From Armatimonadota bacterium (GTDB lineage: Bacteria > Sysuimicrobiota > Sysuimicrobiia > Sysuimicrobiales > Humicultoraceae): DNA of 23,853 bases. The stretch lies in NCBI GenBank assembly GCA_052386995.1, contig JBQTJP010000006.1, forward strand, positions 1-23,853, written 5' to 3'. The notes under the pieces were generated by a model. That model worked only from the letters and a program-made list of their open reading frames with translations. It did no database searches and had not been told where the DNA came from. Position numbers and translations under genes: made by a program. Of the stretch, positions 15,834 through 23,853 are shown piece after piece; the stretch's first letter is position 1; every line of letters starts with the position of its first letter.

Positions 15834-18723
15834 CCTTTGCGGCCGCAATACGCTCCCGCAGCGAAGCCTGGGCCGCCGCCAGGCGGGCCACCGGCACGCG
15901 GTACGGCGAGCAACTCACGTAGTCGAGCCCGATCTGGTGGCAAAACTCGACCGAGCTTGGATCGCCGCCGTGCTCGCCGCAGATGCCGACTTCGAGGTCC
16001 GGACGCGTGGCCCGGCCGCGCTCCACCGCCATCCGCATGCTCTCGCCGACGCCCGCGCGGTCGATGGTTTGGAAGGGATTCTCGGGGAGCAGACCCCGCT
16101 CGACGAACTGCAGAAGGAATTTCCCCTCGGCGTCATCCCTGGAGATGCCAAAGATCGTCTGCGTGAGGTCGTTGGTGCCGAACGAGAAGAACTCGGCCAC
16201 CTGCGCGATCTCCCCGGCGACGAAGCAGGCGCGCGGAAGCTCCATCATCGTGCCAAACTTGTAGTCGACGTTGACGCCCTCGCGGGTCATGACGTCTTTG
16301 GCCACCGGTTCCAACTCGCGCTGGCTTGCGCGCAGCTCGTTGATATGGCTCGTGAGGGGGATCATGATCTCCGGGATGGCCTTGATCCCTTTCTTCGTCA
16401 CGCGGCAGGCCGCCTCGAGGATCGCGCGCACCTGCATGACAATAATGCCGGGGTAGGTCAGGCCGAGGCGAATGCCCCGCAGTCCCAGCATCGGGTTGGC
16501 TTCGCGCATCGTCTCGACCGCGCGCAGGGTGGCTTCCAGACGGCGCAGCGACGTCCGCATCGCGGAGAGCGACCGCTGGCCCTTCCGGGGCCGCCATCGC
16601 GGGATCGCCGAGAGCGTCTCGATTCGGGCGCGCAACGCGGCCGTCTCTTCCAGCAGAGAATCGTGTGAGGGCAGAAACTCGTGCAGCGGCGGGTCGATGA
16701 GCCGGATGATCACCGGCAGGCCGTCCATGGCTTTGAACAGCCCTTCGAAGTCGCGTCGCTGTAGTTGCAGCAGCCTGGCGAGCGCCGACTCGTAGCGCCT
16801 GACGGAGGCCGAAGTCTTGACGGCTTTCGCCGCCGCTTTCGCCGCGGCGCGCAGTTTCTTGTCGTCCGGTTGCCGCTGCGCCGCCTCCTCCGCGTCCCGC
16901 CGGCGATCGTAGAGCGCCTGCGCCTCGGCTGCGCTCAGGATCATCTGCCGCACCGTCGGCAGACGGTCTTCCTCGAAGAACATATGCTCGGTCCGGCACA
17001 GGCCTATGCCCTCAGCGCCGAACGTGCGGGCGCGCTCCGCGTCGCGCGGGTAGTCGGCGTTGGCCCACACGCCCAGGCGTCGCGCCTTGTCGGCCCATTC
17101 CAGGAGCTGCACCAGATCCTGCTGGTCCTCCAGCCGCGGCGCGATCGCGGGAAGCTGTCCGGCAAAGACCTCGCCGGTGCCCCCATCGATGGAGAGGTAC
17201 TCGCCTTGGGCGACTCTACGGCCATCGACGGACAACTCGCGCGCATCCGGATCGACGTGGACCGCCTCGCACCCCGCCACGCACGGGACGCCCAGGCCCC
17301 GGGCCACAACCGCCGCGTGGCTGGTCCCGCCGCCGCGGCTGGTGAGAATGCCCTTGGCGTGCAGCATTCCATGCACGTCGTCGGGATTGGTCTCGGGCCG
17401 CACCAGGATCACAGGCTTGCCGGCCTTGCCCCACGCCTCTGCCGTATCGGCATCGAAGACCGCGAGCCCCACCGCCGCGCCGGGCGACGCGTTCAGGCCC
17501 TTTGCAAGGTACTTGCCGTCGCGCGCCGCCGCTTCCTTGGTGCGGTCGTCGAACCTGGGGTGCAGCAGCATGTCAATGTGGCCAGGCTCGACGCGCAGCA
17601 GGGCCTGCTCTTTGGTAATCAGCCCCTCGCGCGTCATGTCGACGGCGATCTTCACGGCCGCCTGCGCCGTGCGCTTCCCCGTGCGCGTCTGGAGCATCCA
17701 CAACCGGCCGCGCTCGACGGTGAACTCCAGATCCTGCACGTCTTTGTAGTGACGTTCGAGCATCTCGCAGACCTTCGAGAACTCGGCGTACGCCTTGGGC
17801 AGTTCTTTCGTCAGCTCGGCGATCGGCCTGGGGGTGCGGATGCCGGCGACGACGTCCTCACCCTGCGCGTTGAGCAGGTACTCGCCGTAAACCGTGCGCT
17901 CGCCGGTGGACGGGTTGCGCGTGAACGCGACGCCGGTGCCCGAGTCGAAGCCCATGTTGCCGAAGACCATCGTCTGCACGTTCACGGCGGTGCCCAGGTC
18001 GTGCGAGATCCCGTGGAAATTCCGGTAGTCGACCGCGCGCTTGCCGAACCATGAATCGAACACGGCCTCGATCGCCATGCGGAGCTGCGTGCGGGGCTCT
18101 TGCGGGAAATCTTTCCCGCGCTCCTCGCGGATAATCCGTTTGAAGGTATCGGTGATCGCCCGAAGGTCGCCGGCCTCGAGCGCGGTATCCTCCTTGACGC
18201 CTTTGCGATCCTTGGCGCGTTGGATGACGTGCTCAAAGCGCTCGCCGGGGATGTCGAGCACGATCTTGCCGAACATCTGCACCAGGCGGCGGTAGGCATC
18301 CCGGGCGAACCGCTCGTTCCCCGTGAGCCGGATCAGGCCCTCCAGCGTCTCCTCGTTGAGCCCCAGGTTGAGCACGGTGTCCATCATCCCCGGCATGCTG
18401 AACAACGCCCCGGAGCGCACCGAGAGCAACAGAGGATTCGAGGGATCGCCGAAGCGCTTGCCGGTCTTCTCTTCGATAGCGCGGAGGCGGGCGTCGACTT
18501 CGTCGAGCAGGCCTTCGGGGAATTTGCGGCCGGCGCGCATGAACTCGATGCAGGCCTTGGTCGTGATGGTGAACCCCGGCGGGACCGGGAGGCCCACGCG
18601 GCTCATCTCGGCCAGGCCGGCGCCCTTGCCGCCCAGCAGCTCGCGCATAGTCGCGTTGCCTTCTTCGAAGAGCATCGTCCATCGGAACTGGGTCCGCTGG
18701 GCGTCGGGCGTTGTTGTGGCCAT
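15826..18723 (-). CDS. ppdK: Pyruvate, phosphate dikinase
   Basis: LGGKGAGLAEM, SVRSGA, SMPGMMDTVLNLG, phospho-His motif GGGTSHAAVVARG, GIGLCRTEHMF, FSFGTNDLTQ and GICGEHGG. AGGAGG RBS. Confidence 0.99.
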   Translation of the reverse strand: MATTTPDAQRTQFRWTMLFEEGNATMRELLGGKGAGLAEMSRVGLPVPPGFTITTKACIEFMRAGRKFPEGLLDEVDARLRAIEEKTGKRFGDPSNPLLLSVRSGALFSMPGMMDTVLNLGLNEETLEGLIRLTGNERFARDAYRRLVQMFGKIVLDIPGERFEHVIQRAKDRKGVKEDTALEAGDLRAITDTFKRIIREERGKDFPQEPRTQLRMAIEAVFDSWFGKRAVDYRNFHGISHDLGTAVNVQTMVFGNMGFDSGTGVAFTRNPSTGERTVYGEYLLNAQGEDVVAGIRTPRPIAELTKELPKAYAEFSKVCEMLERHYKDVQDLEFTVERGRLWMLQTRTGKRTAQAAVKIAVDMTREGLITKEQALLRVEPGHIDMLLHPRFDDRTKEAAARDGKYLAKGLNASPGAAVGLAVFDADTAEAWGKAGKPVILVRPETNPDDVHGMLHAKGILTSRGGGTSHAAVVARGLGVPCVAGCEAVHVDPDARELSVDGRRVAQGEYLSIDGGTGEVFAGQLPAIAPRLEDQQDLVQLLEWADKARRLGVWANADYPRDAERARTFGAEGIGLCRTEHMFFEEDRLPTVRQMILSAAEAQALYDRRRDAEEAAQRQPDDKKLRAAAKAAAKAVKTSASVRRYESALARLLQLQRRDFEGLFKAMDGLPVIIRLIDPPLHEFLPSHDSLLEETAALRARIETLSAIPRWRPRKGQRSLSAMRTSLRRLEATLRAVETMREANPMLGLRGIRLGLTYPGIIVMQVRAILEAACRVTKKGIKAIPEIMIPLTSHINELRASQRELEPVAKDVMTREGVNVDYKFGTMMELPRACFVAGEIAQVAEFFSFGTNDLTQTIFGISRDDAEGKFLLQFVERGLLPENPFQTIDRAGVGESMRMAVERGRATRPDLEVGICGEHGGDPSSVEFCHQIGLDYVSCSPYRVPVARLAAAQASLRERIAAAKDV

Positions 18724-18737
18724 CTCGTCGTGCCTCC

Positions 18738-20831
18738 TTAGGGTTTCACTCCTGCCAGCTTAGCGAAGTCGGCAACGTGGAGAAAGGTCTCGCTTACCCC
18801 CCGAAGCAGCGCGAGGCGGTTGGCGCGGATCCGGGCGTCTGGAGCCATCACCAGGACATCATCAAAGAACGTGTCGATCGGCCCCGCGAGCCGCGTCAGC
18901 GCGTCTAGAGCGTCTCCGTAGCGCCGGCCGGCGCAAGCTCTGTCGACCATGTCGCGGATACCCTGCCATTCGCGGTAGAGCGTGGCCTCTGCGGGCTCGA
19001 TCAGCAGAGACTCGTCCACCGCCGAGGCCGGCGCGCCCTGGCTCAGAATGCGCGAGGCGCGGGCGAATCCGGTAGCCAGGCGTGCCATCTCAGGTTTGCT
19101 ACGCACTGCCTGAAGGGCGCGCGCGCGGGCCTCGAGGTCGGCCACGTCATCGGCGGCGGCCGCCAGCACCGCGTCAACGGTATCGTACGTCACCCCATGG
19201 TCGATTAACCAGGTGCGCAGACGCTGCAGCACAAACTCGACCGAGGCGGTGACCGCGCGCTCACGCGCGTCCGCGGGACGGTCGTATGTCGACGCGGCCG
19301 TCCCAAAGAGCGCCCGCAGCGACACATGCATCGTGTGCGCCAGCAGCGTCGCGACGATTCCCGAGGCGGCGCGCCGCAACCCGAAGGGGTCCTGCGACCC
19401 GGTCGGTTCAAAGCCTTCCAACAGCGCGCCGGTCAGCAGCACCGCGCGATCGGCGATGGCGAGGAAGGCTCCGGGGCGCGTGGGCGCTGCCGCCTCACCC
19501 GCGCTCCTGGGCATATAGTGCTCTTCGATCGCTCTGGCCACGGCATCGGGAGCGCCCGACATCCTGGCATAGATGCCGCCCATTGTTCCCTGGAGTTCCG
19601 GGAACTCACGCACCATCGCAGTGACCAGGTCGGCTTTGCAGAGCTCGGCCGCGCGCACAAGTGTCTGCTGCTCCTCTGCGCTCGCACCGGTAGCCTGAGC
19701 CAGCCATGCGGCTGTTGTTGTCAGCCGCCGCACATGGTCGGCCACGGTCCCCAAGCCGGCCACGTAGCCGACGCGCGTCAACGCTTCATTCCTCGACGCA
19801 AACCCGGTCCTGCGATCTTCTTCCAGATCTGCCTCCAGGAAGAAGCGAGCATCGGCCAGGCGCGCGCGCACGACCCACTCGTGTCCGGTCCGCACCGACT
19901 TCAGGTGATCCGTGCCGCCGTCGCGGACGGCAATGAATGCCGGCAACAGCGTCCCGTCGTGGCCTTCCACCGCGAACGACTTCTGGTGATGCTGCAGGGT
20001 GACGATCAGCACTGGCCGGGGGATGGCCGAGGCCAGCGCGGGATCGATTGTCCCCAGCAAGGGCGTCGGGTGCTCGGTTGACCAGACGATCTCCTCGAGC
20101 AGTGCCGGGTCGAGGATGGGGCGGCCGCCGGCGCGGTCCGCCGCGGACTCCGCGAGCTCGACGACCCGGCGGCGACGGTCATCGGGGCTCAGAATGACGC
20201 GGGCGCGCCGCATCGCGGCACCATACGACCCGGCCGTCGGTAGGCTGATCGTCCTCGGCGCGAGAAACCGGTGGCCGCGCGTCGTCCGTCCGGCCCGGAT
20301 GCCCGCGATCTCGATCGCAAGCACCCGCCGGTCTAGCAGGACGACGATCCGCCTGATTGGACGCCCGAAGCGCATACCGTTTGCCATCCACCGCATGGTC
20401 TTGGGAAACGACAGACCGGCGATGACTTCGGGCAGCAGCTCCCTGACCACCCCGGCGGCGCGGCGCCCGGCCTCGCGGATCTCGGCGACAGCGTAGCGGC
20501 CGCTCTCCATCTCCTTCACCTGCAGCGCGTCGACCGGCACGCCCTGGGCGCGCGCGAAGCCCGCCGCGGCCTGCGTGGGACGGCCATCTGCGTCAAACGC
20601 AACCCGTGCCGCGGGGCCGCGCACCAGGGTCGCCCGATCGCGCTGCTTGGCCGCAAGATCTTCGGCAATCAGCACGAGGCGGCGAAGCGTCCCGGTGGTC
20701 CTCACCGCGCCCACATCCAGCCTGGCGGATTCAAACGCCTTCCGGGTGGCGTCTGCGAGCTGCTCCAACGCCGGTCCCACGGCCATGGGCGGAAGTTCTT
20801 CTGTCCCAATCTCCACGAGCAGCTCACTCAC
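18738..20831 (-). CDS. glyS: Glycine--tRNA ligase beta subunit
   Basis: [74 protein letters not shown] and NRLALL. Confidence 0.98.
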   Translation of the reverse strand: MSELLVEIGTEELPPMAVGPALEQLADATRKAFESARLDVGAVRTTGTLRRLVLIAEDLAAKQRDRATLVRGPAARVAFDADGRPTQAAAGFARAQGVPVDALQVKEMESGRYAVAEIREAGRRAAGVVRELLPEVIAGLSFPKTMRWMANGMRFGRPIRRIVVLLDRRVLAIEIAGIRAGRTTRGHRFLAPRTISLPTAGSYGAAMRRARVILSPDDRRRRVVELAESAADRAGGRPILDPALLEEIVWSTEHPTPLLGTIDPALASAIPRPVLIVTLQHHQKSFAVEGHDGTLLPAFIAVRDGGTDHLKSVRTGHEWVVRARLADARFFLEADLEEDRRTGFASRNEALTRVGYVAGLGTVADHVRRLTTTAAWLAQATGASAEEQQTLVRAAELCKADLVTAMVREFPELQGTMGGIYARMSGAPDAVARAIEEHYMPRSAGEAAAPTRPGAFLAIADRAVLLTGALLEGFEPTGSQDPFGLRRAASGIVATLLAHTMHVSLRALFGTAASTYDRPADARERAVTASVEFVLQRLRTWLIDHGVTYDTVDAVLAAAADDVADLEARARALQAVRSKPEMARLATGFARASRILSQGAPASAVDESLLIEPAEATLYREWQGIRDMVDRACAGRRYGDALDALTRLAGPIDTFFDDVLVMAPDARIRANRLALLRGVSETFLHVADFAKLAGVKP

Positions 20832-21690
20832 GGGCTTGCCTCATGTACTCCGTCGCGCAAGCGCGCGCCAAGACGCGGGTCCGCCCCATGAGCTCGACAC
20901 GTTGGGCGACGCTTACGGCTCCACGCGCATCAAGGAGATTGAACAGGTGCGAACACTTGAGGGCCGCGTCGTACGCCGGCAGCACCAGCGGAATCTCCAG
21001 CAGCCGCTGGGCCTCGGTCTCATACGCGTCGAACAGGGCCCGAAGGCTGACCGCATCACCGTGCTCGAATGCGTAGGCGGAATGCTCGCGTTCCTCGTTT
21101 CTTCGCAACTCACCGTATGTCACTCCCGGAGCCCACTCGATCTCGAACACCGAGGCCTTGCGCTGCAGGAACATGGCCAGGCGCTCGGGTCCATAGGTGA
21201 GTTCGGCCGGAATCATGTCAAGGTCGATCCCACCCATCTGCTGCAGATAGGTGAACTGAGTGATCTCGGTGCCATCCAGGAAGATTTGCCAGCCTACGCC
21301 CCAGGCCCCAAGCGTCGGGTTCTCCCAATCGTCTTCGAGAAACCGCAGGTCGTGGTGCGCGAGGCGCAGGCCGAGGCCCTCCAGACTCGCGTGGTAAAGA
21401 TTCTGCACGTTCTCCGGCGAGGGTTTGAGGATGACCTGATACTGATAGTGCTTGTAGAGCCGGTTGGGATTCTCACCGTAGCGACCGTCGGCCGGCCGGC
21501 GGCTGGGCTGCACGTACGCCACACGCACGGGCTTGGGACCGAGCGAGCGGAAGAATGTCGCGGGGTGGAGCGTCCCGGCGCCGACCTCGACATCGTAGGC
21601 CTGCTCGATGACACAGCCCTGCTCGCCCCAGAACCGGTGCAGGGCAAGAATCATGTCCTGAAAGGTCATCGTACGCGAGCGTGTAGCCAT
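20824..21690 (-). CDS. glyQ: Glycine--tRNA ligase alpha subunit (start at 21690 or 21669)
   Basis: [68 protein letters not shown] and [11 protein letters not shown]. Confidence 0.99.
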   Translation of the reverse strand: MATRSRTMTFQDMILALHRFWGEQGCVIEQAYDVEVGAGTLHPATFFRSLGPKPVRVAYVQPSRRPADGRYGENPNRLYKHYQYQVILKPSPENVQNLYHASLEGLGLRLAHHDLRFLEDDWENPTLGAWGVGWQIFLDGTEITQFTYLQQMGGIDLDMIPAELTYGPERLAMFLQRKASVFEIEWAPGVTYGELRRNEEREHSAYAFEHGDAVSLRALFDAYETEAQRLLEIPLVLPAYDAALKCSHLFNLLDARGAVSVAQRVELMGRTRVLARACATEYMRQARE

Positions 21691-21708
21691 CGCACCCACT
21701 CATGCGCC

Positions 21709-21744
21709 AAAAAAATGAGAGCCCCGTCTCAGGGACGGAGGCTC
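21709..21744 (-). terminator. T-box attenuator intrinsic terminator
   Basis: GGAGCCTCCGTC-CCTGA-GACGGGGCTC followed by TCATTTTTTT. It overlaps the antiterminator. Confidence 0.88.
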
Positions 21745-21965
21745 CGTGGTTCCACCCTGATTCCCGCGGCGGCACCAGCAGCGCCGCCCGGGCACTCCCT
21801 CCGCGCTCTCGGGCGGATCCCGGCAGGCTTCAGCGTCACGTCGGGCCTGGCCCGGCGGCTGGCTGCCTGCGGCTTGGGAGGGCCGTTCGCCCCACGCCGG
21901 GCCCGCTTCCACCATGCACGGGCTCTCTTGTCACGGCCGCGCGGCTACTCTTCTCCCGCATAGCC
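21709..21965 (-). ncRNA. Glycine T-box riboswitch leader of glyQS
   Basis: Stem I has AGTA, an AGAGA bulge, a GGTGGA loop and a GAA-C-GGC specifier (Gly, 21884-21882). T-box AATCAGGGTGGAACCACG at 21762-21745; its UGGA matches tRNA-Gly U73-CCA. A terminator follows. Confidence 0.95.
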
Positions 21966-21981
21966 ACTCTAACTGTCGGCA

Positions 21982-22010
21982 ATTCTAGCAATGTCCTCGC
22001 AGAGGGTCAA
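21982..22010 (-). promoter_or_regulatory. Sigma70-type promoter of the T-box/glyQS transcript
   Basis: TTGACC-17 nt-TAGAAT with a TGn extension, just upstream of T-box stem I. Confidence 0.85.
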
Positions 22011-22017
22011 ATCGCGT

Positions 22018-22045
22018 GCCAGAACTCGGTCGGACCCGAGTTGGC
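22018..22045 (-). terminator. Hairpin after the chrA stop
   Basis: GCCA-ACTCGG-GTCCGA-CCGAGT-TC-TGGC with no U-tract. Confidence 0.4.
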
Positions 22046-23434
22046 CTACGGGAACGCGCGCAGGATCCACCCGGCGATGGCGCTGCCGATCACGACAGGG
22101 ATAATGCCCCAGTTCAGCCGCCACATGCCCGCAAAAGCGATCGCCGCGATGAGCACCGCGGACCAGTCGACGGTGGCGAGCACTGGCAGCGTGATCGTCG
22201 TCCAGCGCGACGGGATCTCCACCACCGCGCCGAAGAGGGTGTGGAAGGCAAACCAGAGCGCCAGGTTGAGGATGACACCGACGACCGCCGCGGTGATGGC
22301 CGAGAGCGCCCCGGTGAGATACGTGTTTCCGCGCAACTGCTCGATGAACGGCGCCCCAACAAAAATCCACAGGAAGGACGGCGCGAACGTCGCCCAGACT
22401 GTGACCGCTGCCCCGAGCGTGCCGGCGACCACGGGATCGAGTCCTCCCGGATGCCGGAACGCGCCCAGAAACCCAACGAACTCCGTCACCAGGATCAGCG
22501 GGCCGGGTGTCGACTCTGCGAGCCCGAGGCCGACCAGCATGTCCGGGGTCGTGACCCATTCATAGTGCTGAACCGCGGCCTGCGCGATGTAGGCGAGCAC
22601 GGCGTACGCCCCGCCGAACGTGACCATGGCCGCCTTGCTGAAGAAAATCGCCATCTGTCCAAGGACATCATCGGGGCCGCGCCAGACGATGACCGCGGCG
22701 AGGGGAACCCACCAGGCCGCCAGGCAGGCCGCGAGCACTGTCAGGATGCCCCGGACCGTCGGACGGGCGTGATCGGGAGACGGTGTTTCATCCCCGATGA
22801 CGTTCTCGCTCCCACGCTCCCCATGCGCGGTCAGGCCCGGCGCCTCACTCCGCCCGAATGCCGCCGGCCACAGCCGCGTCCCGATCAGCCCGATGACCCC
22901 GGCGCCGAGCACGATCAAGGGAAACGGCGCCCCGAACAGGAAAAGCGCCGCAAAGGCTCCCAGGGCGATGGCGATCAATACGGGATGCTTCAAAGCCCTG
23001 CGCCCGATCCTGATGACGGCCGCCGCGACGATCGCTATGACTCCCGCACGCAGCCCGTAAAAGATCGCCGCAATCCACGGCACCGTACCGTGGACGGCGT
23101 ACAGCCACGACAGGCCCAGCAAGACGAAGAACGCCGGGAGCACGAAGAGGGTCCCGGCGACCAGACCGCCGGCCGTCCGGTGGAGCAGCCAGCCCACGTA
23201 CGTGGCGAGTTGCTGCGCCTCAGGACCCGGCAGCAACATGCAGTAGTTCAGCGCGTGGAAGAATCGGGCGTCGCTGATCCAGCGGCGCCGGTCGACCAAC
23301 TCCTGATGCATGATGGCGATCTGGCCCGTCGGTCCGCCGAAGTTGATGAACCCGAGCAGCAGCCAGAAACGACACGCGTCCCAAAACGGGACGCGTGTCT
23401 GCCTCGATTCGCTCGAACCGTGCTGGCCTGGCAC
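22046..23434 (-). CDS. chrA: Chromate efflux transporter, long-chain CHR family
   Basis: Two CHR repeats: GFINFGGPTGQIA...LLPGPEAQQLA and VTFGGAYAVL...GLAESTPGPLI. Exact start uncertain. Confidence 0.95.
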   Translation of the reverse strand: MPGQHGSSESRQTRVPFWDACRFWLLLGFINFGGPTGQIAIMHQELVDRRRWISDARFFHALNYCMLLPGPEAQQLATYVGWLLHRTAGGLVAGTLFVLPAFFVLLGLSWLYAVHGTVPWIAAIFYGLRAGVIAIVAAAVIRIGRRALKHPVLIAIALGAFAALFLFGAPFPLIVLGAGVIGLIGTRLWPAAFGRSEAPGLTAHGERGSENVIGDETPSPDHARPTVRGILTVLAACLAAWWVPLAAVIVWRGPDDVLGQMAIFFSKAAMVTFGGAYAVLAYIAQAAVQHYEWVTTPDMLVGLGLAESTPGPLILVTEFVGFLGAFRHPGGLDPVVAGTLGAAVTVWATFAPSFLWIFVGAPFIEQLRGNTYLTGALSAITAAVVGVILNLALWFAFHTLFGAVVEIPSRWTTITLPVLATVDWSAVLIAAIAFAGMWRLNWGIIPVVIGSAIAGWILRAFP

Positions 23435-23446
23435 GTGCTGGCGATT

Positions 23447-23707
23447 CTAGCCGATGCCCAGCGGCTCCTCTTCGCGTTCGCGCAAACGCGGACGGATCGA
23501 GGGCACGGGCATGGTGGAGATCACCGCGGCCGCCACGAACGCGATCAGCCCCGCAAGCGCCCACGACACCGGCAGCTCGATCACATCCGACTCGGTTTTC
23601 ACGCGCACGACGGAGCGTGGGCCCGCGCGCACGACCCCACGCGCTTCCGCGAGCGCGGCGCCAAGTTCAACGATCGCCCGGCGCGCCCGATCGAGGTCGA
23701 TCTCCAT
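23447..23707 (-). CDS. Small hydrophobic protein, divergent DUF4342-like
   Basis: AGGAGGTG RBS. VVRAGPRSVVRVK..VIELPVSWALAGLIAFVAAA resembles DUF4342, and the position after probable recO and ahead of glyQS fits that family as I recall it. Confidence 0.6.
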   Translation of the reverse strand: MEIDLDRARRAIVELGAALAEARGVVRAGPRSVVRVKTESDVIELPVSWALAGLIAFVAAAVISTMPVPSIRPRLREREEEPLGIG

Positions 23708-23726
23708 GCCAGCACCTCCTGCTTTG

Positions 23727-23737
23727 AATATACCACA
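23727..23737 (-). promoter_or_regulatory. Extended -10 promoter candidate
   Basis: TGTGGTATATT lies 6 nt upstream of the AGGAGG RBS of the 86-aa gene. Confidence 0.55.
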
Positions 23738-23748
23738 GCAGCCGCCGC

Positions 23749-23853
23749 TTAAGTCCTGTACGAGCGCGTCGCCTCGGCGACCCTGGCCGCCTCACGCAGC
23801 CGGCCGACGACGGCCGGGGCCCGCAGACGCGCGTCCCAGCAGACTTCGGCATA
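23749..23853 (-). CDS. 3' end of a CDS, probably DNA repair protein RecO
   Basis: Open frame YAEVCWDARLRAPAVVGRLREAARVAEATRSYRT* loosely resembles the RecO C-terminal helix. recO upstream of glyQS is common gene order. Only 34 residues are visible. Confidence 0.5.
   Translation of the reverse strand, partial: YAEVCWDARLRAPAVVGRLREAARVAEATRSYRT

Noticed and set aside
21700..21915. 71-aa ORF upstream of glyQ as a leader peptide
   Set aside because: It coincides with the T-box structure, which fully explains the region. No RBS.
1..23853. CRISPR arrays, tRNA/rRNA genes, IS elements, defence islands
   Set aside because: No regularly spaced direct repeats, cloverleafs, transposase ORFs or terminal inverted repeats were seen by eye. 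The dGTPase sits in its usual housekeeping context, so it is not called as an antiphage gene.

Overview
A GC-rich bacterial chromosomal segment made almost entirely of housekeeping genes, all on the minus strand. In transcription order (high to low coordinate): 3' end of probable recO, DUF4342-like small protein, chrA, sigma70 promoter plus glycine T-box, glyQ, glyS, ppdK, internally deleted RimJ/RimL-type acetyltransferase, dGTPase, hpf, conserved hypothetical, VapBC26-like toxin-antitoxin pair, secA, Lnt fused to a degenerate CPBP-like membrane domain, AT-rich 43-codon integrase-like remnant, prfB (programmed +1 frameshift), DUF2993/LmeA-like, DUF5693-like membrane protein, csaB, spoVS, prs-like gene and 5' part of gltX. 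Firmicute-like gene order, a T-box, spoVS and csaB together with lnt suggest a high-GC, possibly diderm Terrabacteria lineage (inference only). I found no CRISPR array, rRNA, tRNA or intact mobile element, and no clearly new multi-gene system. The best leads are (1) a Prs homolog with Ala at the catalytic Lys position, so a candidate pseudo-enzyme; (2) the Lnt::CPBP-like fusion coupled to secA; (3) csaB, which has no canonical start codon and overlaps the DUF5693 gene; (4) candidate leaderless prfB and vapB transcripts; (5) a glycyl T-box that keeps an elaborated stem II. All family assignments come from motif recognition by eye, not from database searches.
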